A program made the position numbers and the translations under genes. This document shows positions 1 through 7,764 of a DNA stretch of 34,854 nucleotides, piece after piece. The stretch is from a virus. The notes under the pieces were generated by a model. The model did not search any database and had not been told where the DNA came from. It was given only the letters and a program-made list of their open reading frames with translations. The DNA lies in IMG/VR virus record IMGVR_UViG_3300045988_095469. The stretch is one strand, 5' to 3'. Within the stretch, counting starts at the first letter, position 1. Each line of letters opens with the position of its first letter.

Positions 1-55
1 TATTGTTTCCAGTATTCTGGTTACTGTTACCATTTCCGGCATTATTATTCTGGTT
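1..55. repeat. Terminal direct repeat, copy 1 (identical to 34800..34854)
   Basis: Read directly: tattgtttccagtattctggttactgttaccatttccggcattattattctggtt occurs at both window ends. Confidence 0.97.
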
Positions 56-109
56 GCCGTTACCCTCTCCGCCTTCTCCTGAACCTTCTGCAAAAAATTG
101 AAGGTTCAT
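1..109 (-). CDS. Scaffolding protein, N-terminal segment (gene split by the window boundary; continues at 34799 once the overlap is removed)
   Basis: ATG at 109 gives MNLQFFAEGSGEGGEGNGNQNNNAGNGNSNQ... In-frame alternative ATGs lie at 115, 142 and 145. The frame joins 34276..34799 exactly: 109+524 nt = 211 codons. Confidence 0.8.
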   Translation of the reverse strand, partial: MNLQFFAEGSGEGGEGNGNQNNNAGNGNSNQNTGNN

Positions 110-226
110 GGGCATTTTTCCTGTTTCTCTTGATCTCAACATCATTACGTATATTCCTTTCCGTTTTAGCTCGTCAGCTTATTCCGAGAGTTTTAAGCCA
201 TCACGTTTTGGGCATATAAAAAGCAC

Positions 227-388
227 CTACTTACTTGTAGATGCCTTTGGTTCGTCTTTTTCAATTACTGCGCCAATTCTTAATAAATACTCCTTGCGCT
301 CTTTTGTTTTTGCCCTAACCTCATCCCCTGCTTTTACCAAGGCAAGGTTGTTTTCCTTGTCATAAAAATTGATTTTTGCGATTAACAT
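227..388 (-). CDS. Small hypothetical protein, 53 aa (MLIAKINFYDKENNLALVKAGDEVRAKTKERKEYLLRIGAVIEKDEPKASTSK); below the ORF-track size cutoff
   Basis: Hand translation. Consensus RBS AAGGAGGT lies 6 nt upstream of the ATG at 388. It sits between MuF and the scaffold gene. Confidence 0.6.
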   Translation of the reverse strand: MLIAKINFYDKENNLALVKAGDEVRAKTKERKEYLLRIGAVIEKDEPKASTSK

Positions 389-422
389 TTGTTACCTCCT
401 TATTACTTTCTTATTTTGTTGC

Positions 423-456
423 ATAAAAATACCACCTAGCAAAAACTAGATGGTAT
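423..456 (-). terminator. Rho-independent terminator after the MuF gene
   Basis: Minus-strand hairpin AUACCAUCUAG-N6-CUAGGUGGUAU (11 bp, one G-U) followed by UUUUAU. Confidence 0.6.
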
Positions 457-569
457 CTATGCCATTGGCCATTCTTTCATTTTTTTCATTTCTTCTTCAG
501 ATTTTTTTATTGCTTCTTCAATTTCCTCTGGACTTCTGTCTGTTTTTACAATATAATCTCTTTCCTTAA

Positions 570-2234
570 TTATGCCAGTATCTCTTTCCATTCAATAAGC
601 CCCTCCTTTGAAAGTTCTTGTAATGCCTTTTCTTGCGCTTCTAATATAGGTAAATTATAATTTTTCCCCATATATTTGTCAACTTTATTATCTAAATATG
701 TAGCTGGAAATGGTTTATTTCCTACCTTATATTTAAAAACTTTTAAATCATGTGTAATTACTAATCCAAAATCATATTTTCGATATCCAGCAACTACAAA
801 ATCACTACCAGTTGGCAATATATTTGTGGGATGATTGTGTATTCCTATTTTTGATGGCATTTGCCTTATCAATTCAATTTCTTCTTTATTTAATTCTACT
901 CCTAAAATATTGTTACTATTCGTTTTAGAAAATAATTTTTTTCCTGCCTTCTTACTAATAATATAAAGATCTTCTCCATCAGTTCCATTTCTATGAGTTA
1001 GCATAGCTTTTGCATATTTTCTTAGAGAATTGTTTGTTGCTGAATCATTAGTTAATTGGTTAAATTTCTTTCCAAATTCTTTCTTCATTTTAATCAAATC
1101 AACATTATTATTTCCAACTCTTTTACTATTAAATTTCCCACTTTCTGCAACCTTTTCTATATTTATGCCATTTGAGAATTCTTTTATATTATTCCATTGA
1201 TTTGTTCTAGTCGCATACTTTTTCTTATTTTCTTCATCTAAAGAATAATTAGATAACCTATCAAACTTATCTACATTCCTTTGTATCAATTTGTCCCTGC
1301 TTTCCTGTTTCTCTGCAATAATAGCCTGTTTCATTTCTTTCTTTGTTACCTTTTCAGGCTCTTTAGAAATTCCAGGATAATATGTACTATGACCATCATT
1401 GCAGTTAGGATGATATAAACCTCCTGCTATCGCCTGAGACATTAACGGATATGGACCGTCACTTGCTTTTCCACCACTCCAAACATCATCTATCAGTATC
1501 TTTCCAATCCATTTTGCACATTTTGAACAAGGTAAACCTCTCTTATGGACCACAACTGTGGAAATTCCCCACTCCTTACGTTTTTCACCTTCACCCTGCA
1601 AGTATGCTCTGGTATTAGCTGTTCTTAATGCCATTCCCGCATATGAGGCTATGTTAACTCTTGCACCATTCTTGTACTGAACACAGTTAATGCCACGACT
1701 TAGAAAATCCTTTGTAGCCATGTCCACTGCCTTTTCATATGTTCCTGCTCCGGTGTTGAAATACACCTGTGCATTGAATATTGATTTTCTGTACTGGTCA
1801 TTTGCCATTCTTAGCATTGCAGTTTCAGCTCTATGCATAGAACCATTTATTTCACTTAATAGCGCATCCAGTTTTCTATCATTGACACGAAAAAAAGCAC
1901 CCTCAATGGTGCTTCCTGCTTTATGTGTTAACTTTGCCCCTTTTTTAATGGCTTTTAGAATGTCTATTTCCTGATCTGTTGCTCCTGCTTTTCTGTGCTT
2001 TATGATTGATTCAGTGATTTTTCTGTTAATGTCAGAAAATCTTTTTGTAAACTTCTTTTGATTTTCCTGTTTGTACTTATTCAGAGCTTTTAACTGTTCA
2101 GCCTGCCACGATGTCCAATTATATCCCTCTTTTGTTTCCTCTGCCCTATGATTTGACAGATTTCTCATCATTGAATCAATCAACTCATTTTCAATGGCTC
2201 TAAAAGCTTCCTCAATGTCATAATCTTTTGGCAT
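570..2234 (-). CDS. Minor head protein, SPP1 gp7 / Mu F-like N-terminal domain, fused to a ~260-aa C-terminal extension with a JAB/MPN-like motif
   Basis: Position directly after portal. The LYHPNCNDGHS motif resembles the MuF HPNC(R)C signature. The C-terminus carries IHNHPTNILPTGSD, resembling JAMM HxHx7Sx2D. Confidence 0.75.
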   Translation of the reverse strand: MPKDYDIEEAFRAIENELIDSMMRNLSNHRAEETKEGYNWTSWQAEQLKALNKYKQENQKKFTKRFSDINRKITESIIKHRKAGATDQEIDILKAIKKGAKLTHKAGSTIEGAFFRVNDRKLDALLSEINGSMHRAETAMLRMANDQYRKSIFNAQVYFNTGAGTYEKAVDMATKDFLSRGINCVQYKNGARVNIASYAGMALRTANTRAYLQGEGEKRKEWGISTVVVHKRGLPCSKCAKWIGKILIDDVWSGGKASDGPYPLMSQAIAGGLYHPNCNDGHSTYYPGISKEPEKVTKKEMKQAIIAEKQESRDKLIQRNVDKFDRLSNYSLDEENKKKYATRTNQWNNIKEFSNGINIEKVAESGKFNSKRVGNNNVDLIKMKKEFGKKFNQLTNDSATNNSLRKYAKAMLTHRNGTDGEDLYIISKKAGKKLFSKTNSNNILGVELNKEEIELIRQMPSKIGIHNHPTNILPTGSDFVVAGYRKYDFGLVITHDLKVFKYKVGNKPFPATYLDNKVDKYMGKNYNLPILEAQEKALQELSKEGLIEWKEILA

Positions 2235-2236
2235 TT

Positions 2237-2461
2237 TTAATCAACTCCGTTGGCATATACTCTAAAGCCAGCTTTCTCAAACTGTCTTTTCAAATTTTTT
2301 ACCTGTGTGATTGAACTGCATTTATCATTACGCATTTCAATCACTTTGTCCTTTTCCAAAGCATATATACCTCTAGGTACCTGCTCACTTGCCAGTCTAA
2401 GAAAATTCATTGCCTTATTCTTCGACATCTGGTAAACCTTTTTCCCAACTATCACCTTCAT
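2237..2461 (-). CDS. Hypothetical 74-aa protein between portal and MuF
   Basis: AAGGAG lies 9 nt upstream of the ATG at 2461. It overlaps the portal 3' end by 47 nt and ends 2 nt before the MuF start. Confidence 0.6.
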   Translation of the reverse strand: MKVIVGKKVYQMSKNKAMNFLRLASEQVPRGIYALEKDKVIEMRNDKCSSITQVKNLKRQFEKAGFRVYANGVD

Positions 2462-3938
2462 CTGTATTTTCTCCTTCCAAATTTAAAGCCGGTTCTTCCT
2501 CTTCTGCTATTCCCTGCTCTGCTTTTAATCTTGCAACCTCTTCCTTTTTCCATTCCTCATCCTTTGTATCTCCATACAACTCATCAACGGAAGCTTCAAC
2601 GCTCATAATCCCCTGTGTCTTAGCCTTTCCAACAGTCTCTACCTGACTTTCAAATGATGGATTTGCATACTCACTGAAGTCTATTGTACATTTAACTTCT
2701 GTTGGCACATTGTTCTGGCTGATACTAACAACGTTAAATACTTTCTGAATGAATAAAGGTATCTGATCTTGTAATATGTCCACTATGTTTCCTCTTGTGT
2801 AAAGAGTTGTTTTTTCCTTTTCTCTCTGTGCATCCGCATTATCCAGCTTCTTGACATCAATTCCCAATGTACTTGGACTGATTAATCCCTGCAGACACAA
2901 ATCCAATGCTGTAATGTATGTGGCAAGATATGAATCGTGCGGAATTGTCGGCTGTGTAACCTCAATCTTGTTCTGTGCATTTTCAGATAAATCATCACCA
3001 CGCTTTATGTATGAATTATCAAATGCATTTGGCTTAATTATTGCCCCGCTTTCCGGATCTCTTGGCAGTAATGATTCAGGAATCCATTCCTTGCTTCTGC
3101 CCTTTCTTAGAGCATCCATCCACTGACTCCAAGCTTCATCCAATGCGTCAAAATCATCTGTTTTCTTGTCAAAGATTGACTGTCCTCTTCCTTCCCACTT
3201 TGGATTTTCTCCAAATTTAATAGGATGTGCCATAATTAGTGAGCTATCGAATCCCACATCAACCAAATTGCTCAACACTGGAATAATTCCCAAAGGAACT
3301 TCCATATTGTCTGTTGCTCTGTAAAGCTTGTATTTAATGTACCCATATCCGTAGTGTTCCTTTAACACATACATTACCTGATTCTGCTCATATTCTGTTG
3401 TAAATACTACTTCTTGTATTCTTCCCCTGTTATAAACAAAATCAACCTTATCAGAACCATAAAACTCTATGATTGGATACTTACTTATGCTTTCATCAAG
3501 TGATATTTTAAAGGCACCATCTCCAAGAATAAGCATCTTTGACACTGCCTTTTTTAGAATGCCCTTAAAGTTATTGTCCTTCGATATTTCATTCCATTCT
3601 CTTTTGTCTGAATCCTTACTGAATGAAATCTGACTAAAATCATTAATAACAATATCTGTTAATCGGTCAACAATAATCCCTGGTAAGCCTGTATGTATTT
3701 TTCTTATCTCTCTTCCAACAGTTGAACGTGCAGCCCAAAACTTCACACCATCTGAACCACCTGGAATGTTTTGATAAAACTGTGTCAGTTCGTAGCTGTC
3801 ACCACGATACCAAATAAGATTTTTCACACAATTTCCATCATAATTAAGTAATTCCCTAATGTTAAATGTCTGTTTTGGTGCGTCCTGTATTCTTAAAAAA
3901 TGTCTTATTCCATCTCTCATCTTGTCCATTAACCTCAT
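2415..3938 (-). CDS. Portal protein (SPP1 gp6-like)
   Basis: 507 aa, immediately downstream of terL with an ATGA overlap. It has an acidic C-terminus. Size and position are typical of a portal. Confidence 0.85.
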   Translation of the reverse strand: MRLMDKMRDGIRHFLRIQDAPKQTFNIRELLNYDGNCVKNLIWYRGDSYELTQFYQNIPGGSDGVKFWAARSTVGREIRKIHTGLPGIIVDRLTDIVINDFSQISFSKDSDKREWNEISKDNNFKGILKKAVSKMLILGDGAFKISLDESISKYPIIEFYGSDKVDFVYNRGRIQEVVFTTEYEQNQVMYVLKEHYGYGYIKYKLYRATDNMEVPLGIIPVLSNLVDVGFDSSLIMAHPIKFGENPKWEGRGQSIFDKKTDDFDALDEAWSQWMDALRKGRSKEWIPESLLPRDPESGAIIKPNAFDNSYIKRGDDLSENAQNKIEVTQPTIPHDSYLATYITALDLCLQGLISPSTLGIDVKKLDNADAQREKEKTTLYTRGNIVDILQDQIPLFIQKVFNVVSISQNNVPTEVKCTIDFSEYANPSFESQVETVGKAKTQGIMSVEASVDELYGDTKDEEWKKEEVARLKAEQGIAEEEEPALNLEGENTDEGDSWEKGLPDVEE

Positions 3939-5323
3939 TCTTTGATTACTCCTATTTTCTTTCTGTAAGGAATCCAGTTATACTGAACAGAGTTAACCAT
4001 GTGGTCATTTCCATCTTCCGGTTCCTGATCCTTTTCTTCCTTCCAAGAATACTTTTCCAATTCCTTTACGTATTCCTTACAATTCTCAACAATTAAAAAA
4101 CTTGGTTGAATGTCCTTATTGTCATTAAAGTTCATCCATCCAAGTTGTAATATGATTCTGTCTATGATTTTCACAGCTTTATATGCAGCATTAAATACAT
4201 ATAGACACTGTGCATGTTCCCTTTTAAACTTATTTAATTCCGTGATTGTTGCCGCATCAGCAGAATCAATAAATGTATGCTTTGCAAGCCCCCATTCTTT
4301 CCTGTTTCTTTCCAAAAAATCATAATAATTCTTTGCAGTATCAGATGGAGCTACCGGAGTTCCAATTTCGGCATTGTTGTAAACTCTCTCATCCAGAAGA
4401 ATGTATCTGCCCTTGTTTGTAATTCCTGCAAAACTCATTGCTATTGTGTCAGGGCTCTTTGTTGAATAAGCTGTATCCAGTCCACTTGTGAATATTTCAA
4501 ACCATTCTCTCTGTTCCTTATTTGACCTGTTTCTGATGAATTCTTTTGCTTCATTAACTGTAATTACATGATGTCTTCTGTCAAATATGCTAAATACAAG
4601 TCCTGTAGCCTTTCCTCTAAGTCCCTGTATCTTGTTTTTGTACATCTTTGTTCCTACTGGAACTGCATCAATCTTATCCTGAATGTCCTGCTCTGTTAAA
4701 CTGGCATTATCATAAAAAGTAAAATACCAATGAACCCAGCCGACTTTTTCAGGTTCATTTAACTCTGCCAACAATTCTTCCGGATAATCTTTGATATATT
4801 TCTTTAATGGTCTGCTGTGATTAATAAACTCCTTGTACACAAGCAAATCAGGACTATCCGGGTTTGATGTAGTCATCATATACTTACATCTATGAGATAT
4901 TTCTCTTAAGAACTCCATATCAGCTGTATTAACTTCATCAATGTACACGCAACCCTGTTGTGAACCTAAGACCTTTTTCCAACGTGCTTTATTATCATAA
5001 CCACACACATATATTATCTTTTCACCATTTAGTGTCTGATACTTGATATGTGAAAGTCCAATTCTACCCTGACCTTTAGGATAATATTCAGCCAAACCAT
5101 TAAACTGATCTAAAAGGCCTCTTTCATTGTTGATTACATTCTTTTCAACTGTTCCAAGGTCCGCCCCGGCAATTACATGATACTTAATGTCACTCTTTGC
5201 CACCATGAGCATAAACTTAAATATTCCTACTGTAGTCTTTCCTGCTGCAGTAGTACCTTCAAGAAAATCTCTCTTGGTTTCTGTCAGAATAAATTCCTTA
5301 AATTTAGGTGATAACTTTAACAA
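3935..5323 (-). CDS. terL: Terminase large subunit (PBSX / Terminase_3-like)
   Basis: Walker A GTTAAGKTT lies near the N-terminus. 462 aa. TTG start with GAGGGTG RBS. It follows terS. Confidence 0.9.
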   Translation of the reverse strand: MLKLSPKFKEFILTETKRDFLEGTTAAGKTTVGIFKFMLMVAKSDIKYHVIAGADLGTVEKNVINNERGLLDQFNGLAEYYPKGQGRIGLSHIKYQTLNGEKIIYVCGYDNKARWKKVLGSQQGCVYIDEVNTADMEFLREISHRCKYMMTTSNPDSPDLLVYKEFINHSRPLKKYIKDYPEELLAELNEPEKVGWVHWYFTFYDNASLTEQDIQDKIDAVPVGTKMYKNKIQGLRGKATGLVFSIFDRRHHVITVNEAKEFIRNRSNKEQREWFEIFTSGLDTAYSTKSPDTIAMSFAGITNKGRYILLDERVYNNAEIGTPVAPSDTAKNYYDFLERNRKEWGLAKHTFIDSADAATITELNKFKREHAQCLYVFNAAYKAVKIIDRIILQLGWMNFNDNKDIQPSFLIVENCKEYVKELEKYSWKEEKDQEPEDGNDHMVNSVQYNWIPYRKKIGVIKE

Positions 5324-5862
5324 TATTGATCACCCTCTCTTACAGGCTTAATCTGTTCCAATATGCTGGCTATGTTATCCAATTTCTCAGCTTTCTTTTC
5401 CTCTGCCTCATTGTTTACATCAAGCTTATCTGTATACAACCCATATCTCTTACCAAGAAGCTCAGCTGCTTTATTTGCATCTGAAACTCTTGTTGGTATT
5501 TCAATTATTTGTGGAATCTCTTCCTTTACTGTTTGCTTTCTCATAGTCCCTTTTTCATCAGGAACATACGTAGATGTTTCTCTGCTCAAAGTAACCACAA
5601 CGTTTTCTTTATGTTCTCTTCTCATTACTGATGTGAGATATTCTAATACTTCTTGTGCATCTGCTGTTTTTTCATTATGCAATTCAGCCAACTGCTTTTC
5701 TATGTACTCTTTAATCTCCGGCTTATTCATAAGTCTTGAAGCAGCTGCAGCTGCAACATTATCATTCTTAACACTTGGATATGCCTTTTTGTAAGCCAAT
5801 GTTTTGTTAAAGTCTGGATCCGATAAAAGTTCATCACAGAATTTTTGTTCTTTAATTGTCAC
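5317..5862 (-). CDS. terS: Terminase small subunit (Terminase_2-like)
   Basis: N-terminus KEQKFCDELLSDPDFNKTLAYKKAY... resembles the Terminase_2 HTH region. GTG start with AAAGGAG RBS. It lies upstream of terL. Confidence 0.8.
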   Translation of the reverse strand: MTIKEQKFCDELLSDPDFNKTLAYKKAYPSVKNDNVAAAAASRLMNKPEIKEYIEKQLAELHNEKTADAQEVLEYLTSVMRREHKENVVVTLSRETSTYVPDEKGTMRKQTVKEEIPQIIEIPTRVSDANKAAELLGKRYGLYTDKLDVNNEAEEKKAEKLDNIASILEQIKPVREGDQYC

Positions 5863-5928
5863 CGCAACCGCTCCTTTCTTGATTTTAATTGTGTAGTCAA
5901 CTTATTACACATTTTATTTTTCCCCACG

Positions 5929-5952
5929 AAAAAAGACAGCCTTTCGACTGCC
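5929..5952 (-). terminator. Rho-independent terminator downstream of the late-activator gene
   Basis: Minus-strand GGCAGUC-GAAA-GGCUGUC (7 bp, GNRA tetraloop, two G-U pairs, so strand specific) followed by U6. Confidence 0.65.
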
Positions 5953-6060
5953 TTTTCCTTGTTTTACCAATACAATAATTGGAGGATACTATTCAGATAA
6001 CAGAAGTCCCTTCTGTTCAACTTCTTACTCTATCATTTTAGCACTGATTAATGTGACATT

Positions 6061-6516
6061 CTATGACACGTTTAAAACCGGCTCAATATCTTTCAATGCA
6101 TAGCCATGTAGTCTTAATACATGCCTGTAAGATATATTCATTTCCAATGCTATTTCTTCCCATTTCTTGCTCTGGCAGTATCTCTTGTACAAAATCTGCT
6201 CGTATTCAGGATTGTTTAACTTCTGTATGTTGATTATTACGTTTGCTCTGGATAAAGCAAATTCACGCATCAAATCATTCCACTCACATTCCTTTTCATT
6301 AATCTTGCAGATTGTTTCTGCCATCTTATCCTGTGTTCCTGAAGACAGTACCCTCTCGCCCTGTTGGATTGCTCCAGTACTCACCACCATTTCCCTTAGG
6401 GTATCTATCTCTTCTTTTAGAATTTTCATCTTAGATTCAAGATTTCTAACCTGATTCAAGTATTCCTTTGCTGTCATTTCTTCCAAACTCTCAATCCTTT
6501 CTCTATTTTTCTGCAT
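6061..6516 (-). CDS. Late-gene transcriptional activator candidate (DUF1492 / ArpU-RinA-like, sigma-70 region-4-like HTH)
   Basis: The C-terminus LYKRYCQSKKWEEIALEMNISYRHVLRLHGYAL looks like sigma region 4. MTAKEYLNQ... is a typical N-terminus for this family. It lies immediately upstream of terS. The start is uncertain: 6516, or 6477 at MTAKEYL. Confidence 0.65.
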   Translation of the reverse strand: MQKNRERIESLEEMTAKEYLNQVRNLESKMKILKEEIDTLREMVVSTGAIQQGERVLSSGTQDKMAETICKINEKECEWNDLMREFALSRANVIINIQKLNNPEYEQILYKRYCQSKKWEEIALEMNISYRHVLRLHGYALKDIEPVLNVS

Positions 6517-6550
6517 AAAAAAACCAACCACCGAATATTGGTAGTTGGTT
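6517..6550 (-). terminator. Strong rho-independent terminator between the Zn-ribbon gene and the late-activator gene
   Basis: Minus-strand AACCAACUACC-N7-GGUGGUUGGUU (11 bp, one G-U) followed by a U-run that reaches the ATG at 6516. Confidence 0.75.
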
Positions 6551-6569
6551 TTGATAACCTCTATGCACT

Positions 6570-6806
6570 CTAAATATTTATATCTTTTACAAAACGATTT
6601 ATAGTTCTGCAATTCGGACAAGTACACTCTATCTCGAATTTTATACTGCCATCATCATTTCTTCCAATAGCAAAAGCATTAGCTCTCACCGCAGGAACTT
6701 CATATACAACTATACTTCCCCTTCCTGCATCAGCTATTTTAGTCCATTTTAATGTTTTTCCACAAACATAACATTCATCTGTTCCTGAAAAACTTTCTCC
6801 TATCAT
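6570..6806 (-). CDS. Zn-ribbon protein, 78 aa (CxxC ... CxxC), function unknown
   Basis: CYVC near the N-terminus and CPNC near the C-terminus. GGGGAG RBS lies 8 nt upstream. It has its own promoter and terminator. Confidence 0.75.
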   Translation of the reverse strand: MIGESFSGTDECYVCGKTLKWTKIADAGRGSIVVYEVPAVRANAFAIGRNDDGSIKFEIECTCPNCRTINRFVKDINI

Positions 6807-6839
6807 TTTGTCTTCTCCCCTTTCTCTTGTAATAATACG

Positions 6840-6868
6840 ATTATATCATTTCAACTACCAATATTCAA
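6840..6868 (-). promoter_or_regulatory. Sigma-A-type promoter (TTGAAT-17 nt-TGaTATAAT, extended -10)
   Basis: Read on the minus strand: -35 at 6863-6868 and -10 at 6840-6845. A TTGACA hexamer also lies at 6870-6875. Confidence 0.7.
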
Positions 6869-6984
6869 TTGTCAATGTACCTTTGTTTCTAATCCTTATC
6901 CTGCAACTTGCATATCGCCCACAAGACGAACACTGCTCCAATTACCATAATAATAGAGCTATTGTATTAATAATTGCCATCTAA

Positions 6985-7131
6985 TCACCTTCTTTCATTT
7001 TGTATTAAATCAACTCTTTTCGGATGAGCTGTTCCATAATCTAGCGTAACCTCTTTGGCATAATATTTTCTGTCCTGCAAACTCTCTTCTAATAAATCAG
7101 TTAGAAACATTGTTGTCGCTTTCCTATTCAT
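6985..7131 (-). CDS. Short 48-aa ORF (MNRKATTMFLTDLLEESLQDRKYYAKEVTLDYGTAHPKRVDLIQNERR), possibly the 5' remnant of a longer gene
   Basis: Its ATG overlaps the stop of the upstream gene (GAAGATGAATAG). The ORF ends abruptly and is followed by ~110 nt with no credible ORF. Confidence 0.35.
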   Translation of the reverse strand: MNRKATTMFLTDLLEESLQDRKYYAKEVTLDYGTAHPKRVDLIQNERR

Positions 7132-7627
7132 CTTCCTGCTCCTCTCTGTATGGTTCTGGTAGTGGTTGCCAAGCAATAATATCAAATACACTTTCATAAC
7201 CATTTGACCAACCGTGATGATAATATGACACTCCTATCATTCCATCTTCATTAGTGGTTAAATATGCTTTTGCTTCTGGTCCAAAAGTTTCAGGTAATCT
7301 TTCATTACATAGAATCCAACCATTGTTTGCAGTTTTTTCAAATTTAAAATCTTTTTTGCATTCTTCGTAACCTTCCTGATGAGCTTTGTATATTTCTTCT
7401 TCCAACAACTCTTTCACTGCGTACAATCTCCACTCATCACCATCTTCATACAAATCCATTGGTGCTTCTTCTGGAACATTAAATTGAATTAAATACTCTC
7501 CAAAATAGTAAGATTCTTCCATCGCTTCAAATGCTTCTCTAGCTGTAATCTTTCCACGCTTTTTAGTTAGTTTAAAATATTGCGCATTTTTAGAATCTAA
7601 TTCTTTTGTAATTCTGACCTTTGCCAT
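7124..7627 (-). CDS. Hypothetical protein with a DUF551-like C-terminal domain
   Basis: C-terminus W..CNERLPE...IIAWQPLPEPY matches the DUF551 pattern from memory. GAGGA RBS. Confidence 0.7.
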   Translation of the reverse strand: MAKVRITKELDSKNAQYFKLTKKRGKITAREAFEAMEESYYFGEYLIQFNVPEEAPMDLYEDGDEWRLYAVKELLEEEIYKAHQEGYEECKKDFKFEKTANNGWILCNERLPETFGPEAKAYLTTNEDGMIGVSYYHHGWSNGYESVFDIIAWQPLPEPYREEQEDE

Positions 7628-7764
7628 ACTGTTTCCTCACTTTCCGCTAGTTTTGCGTATTTCCAACTTCGCTCACATCCTCCTATAGCCGACCAAGAAG
7701 TTAAACCGTCATGCCAAGCATAGACTTTTCCGTTTTTAACTCCAGAAAATGTCTTTTTTGCCAT
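7597..7764 (-). CDS. 55-codon ORF in the -1 frame of the upstream gene (MAKKTFSGVKNGKVYAWHDGLTSWSAIGGCERSWKYAKLAESEE...); either a separate small gene or the frameshifted C-terminus of 7701..8015
   Basis: Hand translation. The frame is open across the apparent 73-nt gap. An A6 tract at 7754-7759 lies at the frame junction. Confidence 0.4.
   Translation of the reverse strand: MAKKTFSGVKNGKVYAWHDGLTSWSAIGGCERSWKYAKLAESEETVWQRSELQKN

Noticed and set aside
5999-6017. An 8-bp hairpin AACAGAAG-N3-CTTCTGTT downstream of the late-activator gene, considered as a pac/cos or terminator element.
   Set aside because: It has no U-tract and nothing ties it to packaging. The true terminator appears to be the GAAA-tetraloop hairpin at 5929-5952.
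6517-6627. N-terminal 37-aa extension of the late-activator ORF (track start at 6627).
   Set aside because: It would overlap the Zn-ribbon gene by 58 nt and be encoded partly by the terminator hairpin. Family-typical N-terminal sequence (MTAKEYL) begins downstream.
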